From contig NC_020409.1 of NCBI RefSeq assembly GCF_000341895.1, positions 60,001 to 92,000 on the forward strand: a DNA stretch of 32,000 nt. The letters run 5' to 3'. Both the position numbers and the translations under genes were made by a program. Source of the stretch: Pseudodesulfovibrio piezophilus C1TLV30 (GTDB taxonomy: Bacteria > Desulfobacterota > Desulfovibrionia > Desulfovibrionales > Desulfovibrionaceae). Below the pieces are notes generated by a model that saw nothing but the letters and a program-made list of their open reading frames with translations, did no database searches and was not told where the DNA came from. Shown here piece after piece: positions 18,581-27,192 of the stretch; positions within the stretch are counted from its first letter, which is position 1, and each line of letters opens with the position of its first letter.

Positions 18581-19239
18581 TGTGTCAGCTCAAAATTGAA
18601 AGGAAGAAGAACCCAGGTATCTACAGCCTGTCCCTTGTAGTGGCCAGGTTTGAATTTCCATCGCTTGGCAGCTTTGAGTGCGGCTTTGTCGAATATACCG
18701 TTTGGTTCAGATGATTGAACAGTCAAGTTTGTTGGTGCTCCGTTGCTAAGAACCAGCATACGCACAACGACGCGTCCTTCTATGTGATTCCTTTTGGCGT
18801 TGTATGGGTACTCCGGGGTCACCTGCCGAAGAACCTGTGGAACCTCATCAACTTCATCCATATTGAAACCGACTCCGCCCAAATTGCTCACGGGGAGAGC
18901 TATTTCACCGTCAAGTGAAGGGTGCATATCTGCGCTGAACTGCGGGACATTGAAGCTGAGAAGAGGTTTGCTTGTATTGCTTTTGGGTTTTGATGACATT
19001 GTTTTTGGCAAACGTTCCGGTGGCTTTTGTTCTTTGATTTCCTTGTTGCGTTCGAGGGGGGCGACCTGTCTCTCTTGTTGTTCCGCAGCAATGCGTATAG
19101 CTCCTTTGACAACGGAGAAATCTCCTGATGGCTCTGTGCCATTAAGCAGAAGGACACCCACATAGATTAATCCGACAATCATGACCGCAACCATGCTTGC
19201 GGCGAGGTAATCGCCTGATCCACGGGCTCTCAGTATCAT
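18577..19239 (-). CDS. tonB: TonB family energy transducer
   Basis: N-terminal TM anchor, a Pro/Lys-rich linker (EQKPPERLPKTMSSKPKSNTSKP) and a TonB_C domain (PEYPYNAKRNHIEGRVVVRMLV...KAALKAAKRWKFKPG). The likely start is MILRARG at 19239 (AAGGAAA SD), with a TAATG junction to exbD. The ORF track starts at 19290. Confidence 0.85.
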   Translation of the reverse strand: MILRARGSGDYLAASMVAVMIVGLIYVGVLLLNGTEPSGDFSVVKGAIRIAAEQQERQVAPLERNKEIKEQKPPERLPKTMSSKPKSNTSKPLLSFNVPQFSADMHPSLDGEIALPVSNLGGVGFNMDEVDEVPQVLRQVTPEYPYNAKRNHIEGRVVVRMLVLSNGAPTNLTVQSSEPNGIFDKAALKAAKRWKFKPGHYKGQAVDTWVLLPFNFELTQ

Positions 19240-19649
19240 TATATTTTCCTTGCCGCGATACTGATATTCTTCACACCGGCGAGTCGGCACTGATCAAGGA
19301 CCTGAACAGTTGCGCCGGTCATGCTTTGCTTGTCAGCGACAATGACGACAGCCCCCTCTGGTGTTTCTGCCAGAAATCGTTCCATGTAAGCTCGAACTGA
19401 TCGAATATCCAGTGCTCTGCCTTCGACAAAGATGTGACCATCGGCAGTGAGTCCTAGAATGACATTGGCTTTTTCCTTGGTTTCAGCAGACTGGGCAGAT
19501 GGGCGTTGCACATCAACACCAGCCTCACGCACAAAGCTTGTGGTCACTATGAAGAATATGAGCAGAATGAAAACCATATCAATTAATGGTGTCATGTTGA
19601 TGTCACTTCTGCGGGAGCGTCCATTGCGCATGGACCGAATGCTTTTCAT
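19239..19649 (-). CDS. exbD: ExbD/TolR biopolymer transport protein
   Basis: INMTPLIDMVFILLIFFIV TM motif. Size and periplasmic domain are typical of ExbD. Confidence 0.9.
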   Translation of the reverse strand: MKSIRSMRNGRSRRSDINMTPLIDMVFILLIFFIVTTSFVREAGVDVQRPSAQSAETKEKANVILGLTADGHIFVEGRALDIRSVRAYMERFLAETPEGAVVIVADKQSMTGATVQVLDQCRLAGVKNISIAARKI

Positions 19650-19653
19650 GATG

Positions 19654-20286
19654 CTATCCCTCTCTTCTCCTCATGAATCCGTCAGTATGCTCTTGCAACG
19701 CAATGCAGAAAAGTTCAATGCGGCCTTTGAGCTTTTCGGCACGTCTAAATAACAATCCACCCATGATAAGCCCTGGAACGGCAACAACAAGACCGCTCTG
19801 CGTCGTGATTAAAGCTTCTGATATACCGGAAGCGAGTGCCCGTGCGTTTCCGGTTCCGAATTGAGCAATGACATCGAAAGTGGAAATCATGCCCGTTACA
19901 GTACCAAGGAGACCCAGAAGGGGAGCTATGGCGGCAAGAATGAGAATGGTGCCGATGTGACGCATGACTTTGGACTCCTGGCGCATGCGGAGAACCCCGA
20001 GAGTTTCTCGATTCAGATCAGGGTCGTCACACCTGTCTCGCATATAGTCTGCCAATATTTCTTTTTGCCAGACAGACAAATTCTGGTCGCCAGCTTCTTG
20101 CGTTTCCTGAAAGTAGTCCAGGCAGGCTTCAGCCGGGACTTCCTGTTTCCATTCACGAACAAAGCGGATCCCTTTGAGAATTGCCAAGGTCCACATAATC
20201 AAGGAGAGAATGATGAGTGGGTACATAATGTCCCCACCTGCCTGAAAATACCCGGCAAGACGTGAAGCAAGATCATGCAGCTGCAT
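19654..20286 (-). CDS. exbB: ExbB (MotA/TolQ/ExbB proton channel), short form
   Basis: 210 aa with three TM segments and the conserved C-terminal GTVTGMISTF...ALITTQSGLVVAVP. Confidence 0.9.
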   Translation of the reverse strand: MQLHDLASRLAGYFQAGGDIMYPLIILSLIMWTLAILKGIRFVREWKQEVPAEACLDYFQETQEAGDQNLSVWQKEILADYMRDRCDDPDLNRETLGVLRMRQESKVMRHIGTILILAAIAPLLGLLGTVTGMISTFDVIAQFGTGNARALASGISEALITTQSGLVVAVPGLIMGGLLFRRAEKLKGRIELFCIALQEHTDGFMRRREG

Positions 20287-21700
20287 CGAGTTCCTCCTGT
20301 TTTTTCTTGATTTGTCCCTGTTTCATCAAAGCAACAGCAAAGCCGGTTCCCTTTTCTTCCATGTCTCCAATTATCTGATCCACGCGTCGCTCAAGGATAT
20401 GGTGCAGAATCATGATGGGGACAGCGACAGCAAGCCCGAGTTGTGTCGTAACCAAAGCCTCGGAGATACCACCTGACATCATTCTTGGATCACCTGTTCC
20501 GTAAACAGTGATCACCTGAAATGTATTGATCATTCCTGTCACTGTTCCGAGAAGACCGAGCAGGGGAGCCACTGCTGCCAGAACATGAAGAGTGGGCAGA
20601 AAACGCTCCAAGGTTGGGAGTTCTTTAAGAAGACCTTCCTGGAATGCATTTTCTATTATTTCGCGGGTATTTCCCATGTATTGTAAAGTATGCCCTATGA
20701 TACGGCATGTCGGGAATTTTCGTTTTTCACTGCAAAAAGCTTGGCACTGCTTCCATTTCCCTTCAGAAACCATGGTCAATATGGCTTTCATATTGCGCGT
20801 CGAATTGCCACGGATTCGGCTCAAGGTGTAGAATCGTTCCAAAATAAGGATGATGGCTACCACGCCGACAAGGATGATGGGCCAGACGAGTAATCCTCCG
20901 GCACTGAGCCACTCCATGACGCTTTTCTGTTCTTGAGCCAATCTGGTGAGAGCCGCACCATTTGATATATCGATGGGAAAGGCTGCGCTGGTCCCGTCAA
21001 AAAAAGCATTCATGGTGCTGGACATGGACCATCCTGGGTCACCTTTGACAGCGACAAGCGATTCCCCTCCGGCTGTGGGACGCAGAAAACCGAGCGATCC
21101 GTCCTGTTCGCGATACGCTGCTGAAAAAGTGCCTATTCGGATAATTTCGCCGGTGTGGTCCTGTCCATCTGTACCGATGTAGGCTCCTGTCCGTCGAATG
21201 ACTGCTCCGGAAGCTTCCATTTCGTCCAGATAGAGGCTCAAAAGACGCTGAATACCAAGCAGTCCTGGAAAGGTGTCCGGGGTGAGGATTGTCTTTAGAA
21301 TCGCACTCCGCTCTGGGAATTCGGGTGTTGTGAGGCTTTCATGAAAGTAGTCGCGCGCCTGCTTCCCTGCTGTTCTGATCGTTCCATCAATGGTTTTGAG
21401 TTCGTGAGCCTGCTGTTCAAGGTCTTCTTTGAGTTGGGTTTCTTTTTTTAAAAGTTCATCGTAGCGCTGCTTAAGATTGGCAAAACGTTTCTTTTTATCA
21501 GCTATCCGGTGTTCCAGGACTTTTTTGTCAGCGACGACAAGCTTTTTCTCGTTTGCAAGTATGGATCTTGTTTCTTGAGCATTATGCTCAGCTTGCGCCA
21601 CCATAGCGTTGATGCTCTGGGCGGTTTTTTGCCAGTTTTGAGCATATGCAATTGAAGCAAAGAGAGTCATTATCAGTAAAGTCAAGAAAATGCGTTTCAT
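20273..21700 (-). CDS. Large MotA/TolQ/ExbB-family protein with an N-terminal periplasmic coiled-coil extension of about 260 aa (TtpC-like)
   Basis: Signal peptide, then a long coiled-coil or soluble region, then an ExbB-type channel domain (GLLGTVTGMINTF...ALVTTQLGLAVAVP). ATGA overlap with the upstream DUF3450 gene. Confidence 0.8.
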   Translation of the reverse strand: MKRIFLTLLIMTLFASIAYAQNWQKTAQSINAMVAQAEHNAQETRSILANEKKLVVADKKVLEHRIADKKKRFANLKQRYDELLKKETQLKEDLEQQAHELKTIDGTIRTAGKQARDYFHESLTTPEFPERSAILKTILTPDTFPGLLGIQRLLSLYLDEMEASGAVIRRTGAYIGTDGQDHTGEIIRIGTFSAAYREQDGSLGFLRPTAGGESLVAVKGDPGWSMSSTMNAFFDGTSAAFPIDISNGAALTRLAQEQKSVMEWLSAGGLLVWPIILVGVVAIILILERFYTLSRIRGNSTRNMKAILTMVSEGKWKQCQAFCSEKRKFPTCRIIGHTLQYMGNTREIIENAFQEGLLKELPTLERFLPTLHVLAAVAPLLGLLGTVTGMINTFQVITVYGTGDPRMMSGGISEALVTTQLGLAVAVPIMILHHILERRVDQIIGDMEEKGTGFAVALMKQGQIKKKQEELDAAA

Positions 21701-22452
21701 TGTACAGCCTCCACAGGCAAAGTGATCAATTCAACTGATCTTTGTCGGGATGCCATTTCCCTGGCTCGAGAGAGATCTGTTGAGTATGTGGCATCAAGAG
21801 GTTGCCATGTGCTCGTCTGTCGATTCCAGACTCCGGCGGAAGATCCGTCTGCTGTTTGGTAGAACAGTGCAGTTCGGCCAAGACGGAAAATAGATACTCG
21901 CGTCGGGATGCCATCTACCAGCATTTCTTCATTGGTGGATGCGACATTTCGGTCGTATTCCATCTCAACCTGAAGGGCTTCGAAGACACGGCGGAGTTTT
22001 TCGCTAAGAGAAAGATGATAATCGTCCAGGGATTCATGGAGGAATCGGATACGGTTGTTACGTTCTTCACTCAAGAAGGGGAGATCCTGAGCGACAAATT
22101 GTTCCAAGCGATTCACAATGGTTTCAAGAAAAGGTTCCAGTTCCATACTGATCCGTTTGGCTTCTTCTTTTCTTCTTTGCAATTCTGCAATAACAGTTTC
22201 TTGCTTCTGTATGTATTTGGCATATTTTGTGTTTTGAAACTCAAGCCAAGAATCCATTGCTTTGAGGTCTCTGATTTCAGAAGAGACTTCCTCTTTTTTG
22301 TCAGACCAGTTTTGATACTGGTTTTGGCTGGCTGCTTCTTCAGTTATGGCACGGGTTGCCCGCGCATGAATATCTTTGGCCTGGTCATTTGCAGATGCGT
22401 GTGTTGACCAAGTAAAAAAACAAGCCATGCAAATGGCAATTGTTTTCAGCAT
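21697..22452 (-). CDS. DUF3450-like secreted coiled-coil protein (TtpB-like), first gene of the TonB2-type operon
   Basis: Size, coiled-coil composition and position before the large ExbB-like gene. I prefer the start at MLKTIAICMACFF (22452) because AAGGAAG lies 7 nt upstream and a signal peptide follows directly. The ORF-track start at 22473 has no SD. Confidence 0.65.
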   Translation of the reverse strand: MLKTIAICMACFFTWSTHASANDQAKDIHARATRAITEEAASQNQYQNWSDKKEEVSSEIRDLKAMDSWLEFQNTKYAKYIQKQETVIAELQRRKEEAKRISMELEPFLETIVNRLEQFVAQDLPFLSEERNNRIRFLHESLDDYHLSLSEKLRRVFEALQVEMEYDRNVASTNEEMLVDGIPTRVSIFRLGRTALFYQTADGSSAGVWNRQTSTWQPLDATYSTDLSRAREMASRQRSVELITLPVEAVQ

Positions 22453-22541
22453 CTCGTTTCTTCCTTCTCCCATTTTGGGGGATTTTTAAAATATGTTAAT
22501 AAATTCTTTTATATCAGCACTATAAAGTTTAATAATATAAA

Positions 22542-22571
22542 TTTATAAACGAAATTGAATATCATTTTCAA
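22542..22571 (-). promoter_or_regulatory. Candidate sigma-70 promoter of the TonB2-type operon
   Basis: On the minus strand: TTGAAA (22571-22566), an 18-nt spacer, then TATAAA (22547-22542). This is about 90 nt upstream of the 22452 start. The -35 element is embedded in Fur-like box 1. Confidence 0.45.
22556..22570. promoter_or_regulatory. Fur-box-like 7-1-7 inverted repeat (box 1)
   Basis: TGAATAT-C-ATTTTCA is one mismatch from a perfect palindrome. Each half is close to the 7-1-7 Fur motif TGATAAT-N-ATTATCA. It overlaps the -35 of the candidate promoter. Confidence 0.5.
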
Positions 22572-22674
22572 ATAATAAATAGGATAATCTCACAATGTGA
22601 TTCGTGAAAGATCATGTATTGCCTTATTCCCTTTCGGAGAGAGTCTGTGAGTAAGCGGGTGTGGCGGATGACAG

Positions 22675-22689
22675 TGAAAATCATTTTCA
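22675..22689. promoter_or_regulatory. Fur-box-like 7-1-7 inverted repeat (box 2)
   Basis: TGAAAAT-C-ATTTTCA is a perfect 15-bp palindrome, 119 bp from box 1 in the same AT-rich intergenic region. Confidence 0.5.
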
Positions 22690-22879
22690 ACTGAAAGTCA
22701 ATAAGGGGACGACGAGTTCTTTGAGGAGGGAGTATATTTGTGCTGCTTTTCAATTTTGTGCCAGGGGGAAGTGGCAGTTCGTGTGGTCAATTTTCAAAGT
22801 CTGCCCAAGGGCACCTCATCTATTGTACCTGCCAAAGAACAAGAAGTGTTGGAGTCTGCATTCAATACTAACCTTCTAA

Positions 22880-24181
22880 TTAATATATGAAATCAGCACC
22901 ATGGGTGACACGTTTGTGCAGCATTAGGAGCCATGCTTTCATGGTGTCCACATCTTCAGGTGAAGTGAGTTTTTCCGATATAGGCACGTCATCATTTGTA
23001 GGGATGGACTTGAGTGAGGAATATCCACCTGTATCCCGCATTTCTTGCATGAGTGAGATGCTGCAGTCTTCTATACTCCTTATCACTTTTGCATCAATTG
23101 GGTTTCTTTGTGCAGGATGACTGCCTACATACGGATAGACGCCCTCTGTAACGTTCTTGCTCGATATGACCTTCCAACCGAATTGAGTCACGGGTTCTTC
23201 TGCAAGCAGGTTCATGGTTGCATTCGTCAGTTTTAAACAATCAGTTTTACAGCTTTCCAGCACGGCATTATCATCCAAGTGGACAGTTGTGGCTGGAGTT
23301 GCTTTTAAAAATTGACTGTCAATATCTATAGCATAGCTGTTGCATTTTGTTGCAGCCGTGGGAAAGTAAACATTCCCTATTAGATCAATAGCTCCTGGCT
23401 GAAGAACTGTCTGGCTGGTGTCCAGATGTGTCGCTCGCAGGCCTGGGCCGACGATCACATTGTTAATAAAACTCACTCGGTTTCCCGTTAATAGACGAGG
23501 GCTTCGGTATTCAGCCCCTGCCAGAACCGAGCCGACAATGATGACACGTTTGACGGTTCCGCCTAGAAGGATATTCATGGAATGGCTCCCTTTGGGGTGC
23601 CCTCCTGTTACGAGTGGTTGAGCAATCAGCGATCTGACGATTTTGATGTGATCGGTTAACCCTTGAATTCCGATATTCTCGTCTACAGCCCAGCCGACAC
23701 TGACGTTATGAAGTAAAATGTTATTTCTTTGTATATTTTTGCTAGGGGAGCCGTAAATGGATATCCCATCTCGATTTTCGGCGATCTGGGGGTCATTTGA
23801 ACTTCCGGGATATATTGCGACATGACTGACGACAATGTCACTAGCGCGAATATGGAGACTCCCGTTATGGATGATTATTCCGGGAGAAGGAGCGGTCTCA
23901 CCTGCAATTGTGGTTTTGTCATGTGTTATTATCAAGTCTGATTTGAGGAGGATGGTGCCGGATTCCTCAAAAACAATTATTTTAGGGCCGTCCTTTTCCA
24001 ATGCTTCGCGTAAGGTTCCCGGGCCATCATCATCGAGAGAAGTAACATGGATAATATTGCTCCCGGTGACAAGTCCTCCACTCACGGTAAAATCATCGAC
24101 TTCAACAGCTGACGCTATTGTGCAGGGGAAAAAATAAAGTAAAAAAGCATAAATAAGGAGGGGGAAGCGTGAAAGCATCAT
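22880..24181 (-). CDS. Secreted right-handed beta-helix protein, pectate lyase (PL1)-like
   Basis: Signal peptide. GPGTLREAL, IIVF..SGTILL, KTIAG, DGISIYG, HNVSVGWAVDEN and a RSPRL..GN.VSFINNV segment follow the PL1 motif order as I remember it. ATGA overlap with the upstream glycosyltransferase gene. Confidence 0.6.
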   Translation of the reverse strand: MMLSRFPLLIYAFLLYFFPCTIASAVEVDDFTVSGGLVTGSNIIHVTSLDDDGPGTLREALEKDGPKIIVFEESGTILLKSDLIITHDKTTIAGETAPSPGIIIHNGSLHIRASDIVVSHVAIYPGSSNDPQIAENRDGISIYGSPSKNIQRNNILLHNVSVGWAVDENIGIQGLTDHIKIVRSLIAQPLVTGGHPKGSHSMNILLGGTVKRVIIVGSVLAGAEYRSPRLLTGNRVSFINNVIVGPGLRATHLDTSQTVLQPGAIDLIGNVYFPTAATKCNSYAIDIDSQFLKATPATTVHLDDNAVLESCKTDCLKLTNATMNLLAEEPVTQFGWKVISSKNVTEGVYPYVGSHPAQRNPIDAKVIRSIEDCSISLMQEMRDTGGYSSLKSIPTNDDVPISEKLTSPEDVDTMKAWLLMLHKRVTHGADFIY

Positions 24182-25305
24182 GACATTTCCTTAAGTTGAG
24201 AAAATTCAGAATCAATATATGAATCAATTGAATGTTTTTTCTTGATAAAAGCTCTGCCTTTTTGTGCAACCTGGTCACTTTCTGGCTGAGAATATGTATA
24301 CTCAATGCATCTTTGTATATCATCGACAGTATAGCCTTGCATCAGGTAGCCCGTTTCATTGTGTGAAATTAAGTCCGCAATGCCAGAAGTGGGGGTGCCC
24401 ATGCAGACCATCCCCGCAGACATGGCCTCAATCAGAACCTTTGGAAGCCCTTCGTGAAAACTCGGAAGTGCAAAATATCTGTGTGTCTTGAACACTTCGG
24501 CTATTTCTTCATTTGTCATGAATTGTCTATGTTCAATAGTCCCTTTGCTTTGTGCTACCAAATCGGTCACTTTTTGCTCCAAGCTGCCCCTGCCGATAAT
24601 AAGCAGTTTTTTTCCAGTGTTCATGACTGCCTCTATTAAAGCGATTATATTTTTGCCTGTCTCCAATCGGCCAACAAAGACAATCGCCTCTTTGCGATTT
24701 ATATTGGGATCAGGTCTAAATCTCTCTGTATTTACGTAGGTTGGAGCTATAAAAATTTTAGCTGAATTCATTATTTTGAGTCGCGCCAAAGATTTTTTCC
24801 CATTTGGAGTGGTCACGGATATCAAGCTCGCAAAATTGGTCGCTATTAGTTCTAAGGTGAGAGCAAGAGCCCCCTTGAAATAGTCTCCATTTTTAAAGCA
24901 ACGACGGGAGAGAATATACCCCGAGCGCAAAAAGAATATCCCACCGAAGAAGATTGCAATCAGTGCGGACCAAGACCCGTTAATCTGGTTCGTTTTACAT
25001 ATAACTCGGCGACCACCAGTCGCTTCTCGAATTTTTCGGATGTTGAATGAATATCTGATATGATCCATGCCAGACAGTAGCTCCCTCTCTGGAGTTACAA
25101 AAAAAACTTTCTTCTTAATATCAGATGGAAGTTCCATTTGATCAAGAGACAAATGGTCATCTGGGCAATAAGAAAAGAGAGTCAAAGTATCGATAAGATT
25201 TCTTTGCAGATATTCAAAGTAGAGTTCGAATTCTCTTTTGGCGATACCTTCACTTATCCATTTTTTGAGAGAGCCTTTGCACGTCATGAATAATACGAGA
25301 TTCAT
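24178..25305 (-). CDS. Glycosyltransferase family 4 (GT-B fold)
   Basis: C-terminal Glycos_transf_1 signature: FVGRLETGKN, PSFHEGLPKVLIEAMSAGMVCMGTPTSG and ETGYL. Confidence 0.8.
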   Translation of the reverse strand: MNLVLFMTCKGSLKKWISEGIAKREFELYFEYLQRNLIDTLTLFSYCPDDHLSLDQMELPSDIKKKVFFVTPERELLSGMDHIRYSFNIRKIREATGGRRVICKTNQINGSWSALIAIFFGGIFFLRSGYILSRRCFKNGDYFKGALALTLELIATNFASLISVTTPNGKKSLARLKIMNSAKIFIAPTYVNTERFRPDPNINRKEAIVFVGRLETGKNIIALIEAVMNTGKKLLIIGRGSLEQKVTDLVAQSKGTIEHRQFMTNEEIAEVFKTHRYFALPSFHEGLPKVLIEAMSAGMVCMGTPTSGIADLISHNETGYLMQGYTVDDIQRCIEYTYSQPESDQVAQKGRAFIKKKHSIDSYIDSEFSQLKEMS

Positions 25306-25322
25306 GGGATATATCCTTCTTT

Positions 25323-26387
25323 TTACACCATGCCGGTGACATGAATTATTGAATCAACTGTTTGATCCCAATCGTCAAACCGATCAAGCGGAACGATATA
25401 CTTTTCCATGTATGACAACGCATCTTGAATTTTGAGGATCAGGTCTTCTGGTGAATGGGGGTCGAAATAGTGAAAGTCCGGGAGTTGTAAATCCCTGTTG
25501 GCCTCAATGTCAGAAAGGAGAAGGGGAGTGCCGGCTTGTATAGCTTCAAGAATGGCATTTGACATGCCTTCATGCACAGAACAGTTTATATACAAAGATG
25601 CCGTTGATAAATGGTGGTATACCATCTGCCGACTCACTCCCCCGTGGAATTGGATTTTGGGTTTGATCGCTGACGTCATTAGCTGTGTTAAATGATGCAT
25701 TTCATCTGACAAATCAGCACCACCGAGTATGTCTATCTTGATATTGGTGTCATCAATAAGGCGGGCTGCGTTAATGAGCACGGAATAATTTTTTTGGGCT
25801 GTAATTCTGCCCACGCATACGACTTTACATTTTTTTCTTGTTGCAAGGGGCATTTTGTGACTTTTATCAAGCCCATTCCTGATCAAATGGGAATGAACTC
25901 CAATTGATGCCAAATGACGTTGGATGCTTGGAGAGACTGAAATAACGGTGTCTGCATAGTTGCAAAACCGTTCAGTTAACTGCATGGCCAGGCGAATCGC
26001 CGGCGGCCATTTTTTGAGGGTATGATCGACAGATCCGCTGCGTAAGTGAATCTTCACTTTCTTCCAGAATATCACTTTAAAGAATGGGATGAGTATGGAA
26101 AAATTAGTTCCTAATATAAAAATATGGTCATATTTTTTTTTAAGATGTTGTTTTATACTTGAAATAATATAGTTCAGCTTGTCAGTCTTTAATGCATGTG
26201 TGGGCATGACTGAAATTGTTTTCAACCCTTTGAGTCTTTTGCCTTTGAATGGGTGGAGAGTGAGTACATCAATCTCAAGAATATGAGCAGCGCGGTAAAT
26301 GAACTGGTCAGAGAATTTTTCTATTCCCCCTTCATAGCCAAATATGCCCCGGGGTCCTACTATCAATATCTTTTGTTTATCTGCCAT
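25323..26387 (-). CDS. Glycosyltransferase family 4 with a DUF1972-like N-terminus
   Basis: The N-terminus KILIVGPRGIFGYEGGIEKFSDQF resembles the DUF1972 pattern. The C-terminus has VGRITAQKN and SVHEGMSNAILEAIQAGTPLLLSDI. Confidence 0.75.
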   Translation of the reverse strand: MADKQKILIVGPRGIFGYEGGIEKFSDQFIYRAAHILEIDVLTLHPFKGKRLKGLKTISVMPTHALKTDKLNYIISSIKQHLKKKYDHIFILGTNFSILIPFFKVIFWKKVKIHLRSGSVDHTLKKWPPAIRLAMQLTERFCNYADTVISVSPSIQRHLASIGVHSHLIRNGLDKSHKMPLATRKKCKVVCVGRITAQKNYSVLINAARLIDDTNIKIDILGGADLSDEMHHLTQLMTSAIKPKIQFHGGVSRQMVYHHLSTASLYINCSVHEGMSNAILEAIQAGTPLLLSDIEANRDLQLPDFHYFDPHSPEDLILKIQDALSYMEKYIVPLDRFDDWDQTVDSIIHVTGMV

Positions 26388-27180
26388 GACCCAACGCTCT
26401 TCGTACTGTTCGAACCCAGTTAGGGAGTATCAAAAGAGACAGGTAGCGGATCATTATGACGATAAGATTTTGATCATTTTCTGTTTGTGCATGATGCAGT
26501 AGTCGACCTGCCATCGAGTGCAGAATCTGTCGCTTTCTTTTTTTTACTGTTATCGATTGGTTATGATAAACTCGTGTTAACAGGTTCTTAGGTATGCAGC
26601 CAAAACGCAATCCACTTCGTGAAGCTCTCAGATACAGGTCATAGTCCTGTGCAAAAAAGAATGAGTTGTTGTAGAAACCGATCCTTTTGAATGATGAAAA
26701 TCTAAAAGCAACAGTTGAATGGACAATGAAATTCTTCTTAAGTAATAACTTCTTTATATCAGAGTCATGCGTTGGCCCTTCAATAAGCCATTTTTTCGAA
26801 GATCCTTCGAGGATCCCTTCAGCATAGGAATATACAATATCGCACGATTGATTATTATTAAAGAAATCAAGAATGCATCCTAGTCTGTCATGCTTTGGTA
26901 TATCATCGTCGTCATTTCTAACTATATACTGCCCAGATGAAGCTTGAATTGCATTGTTGGCACATATTGCCGGGCCAAGAGTGCTGCTATTCTCTATTAA
27001 AACCATCCTTTTCTCATTGAGAATACTGCTGGGAAGGATTTGTGAGAAGGAAAGAGAAGGGTTATCGAGCGTGAGGATTATTTCAATGTCATGGTTTGAA
27101 CTGAGGTATATCTCTAGTACTTCAATGAGTTTATTTGAGTGGCCAAGTGTGTTGGTTACAATTGAAAATAATTTTTTCAT
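26377..27180 (-). CDS. Glycosyltransferase family 2 (GT-A fold)
   Basis: FSIVT start, NNAIQASSGQYIVRNDDDDI (DXD region) and FFAQDYDLYLRA, in typical GT2 order. Confidence 0.7.
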   Translation of the reverse strand: MKKLFSIVTNTLGHSNKLIEVLEIYLSSNHDIEIILTLDNPSLSFSQILPSSILNEKRMVLIENSSTLGPAICANNAIQASSGQYIVRNDDDDIPKHDRLGCILDFFNNNQSCDIVYSYAEGILEGSSKKWLIEGPTHDSDIKKLLLKKNFIVHSTVAFRFSSFKRIGFYNNSFFFAQDYDLYLRASRSGLRFGCIPKNLLTRVYHNQSITVKKRKRQILHSMAGRLLHHAQTENDQNLIVIMIRYLSLLILPNWVRTVRRALGHGR

Positions 27181-27192
27181 ATGAAATTATTC

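Noticed and set aside
21802-22407. A 201-aa plus-strand ORF antisense to the DUF3450-like gene. Similar long antisense ORFs occur at 13250-13711, 14760-15254, 8226-8669, 11265-11723, 9679-10074 and 16731-17114.
   Set aside because: Each lies wholly inside a well-supported gene on the other strand. Their composition is low-complexity or odd (Phe/Leu/Cys/Arg-rich), with no SD or domain motifs. Antisense frames of coiled-coil, Glu/Lys-rich genes are often stop-free by chance.
22838-22852. ttgtacctgcc, resembling the tRNA-Leu 3' end (tggtacctggg), considered as a distal att repeat bounding an integrated island.
   Set aside because: Only 7 contiguous matching bases and no integrase gene in the window. 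This is consistent with chance, so the island hypothesis rests on GC skew alone.
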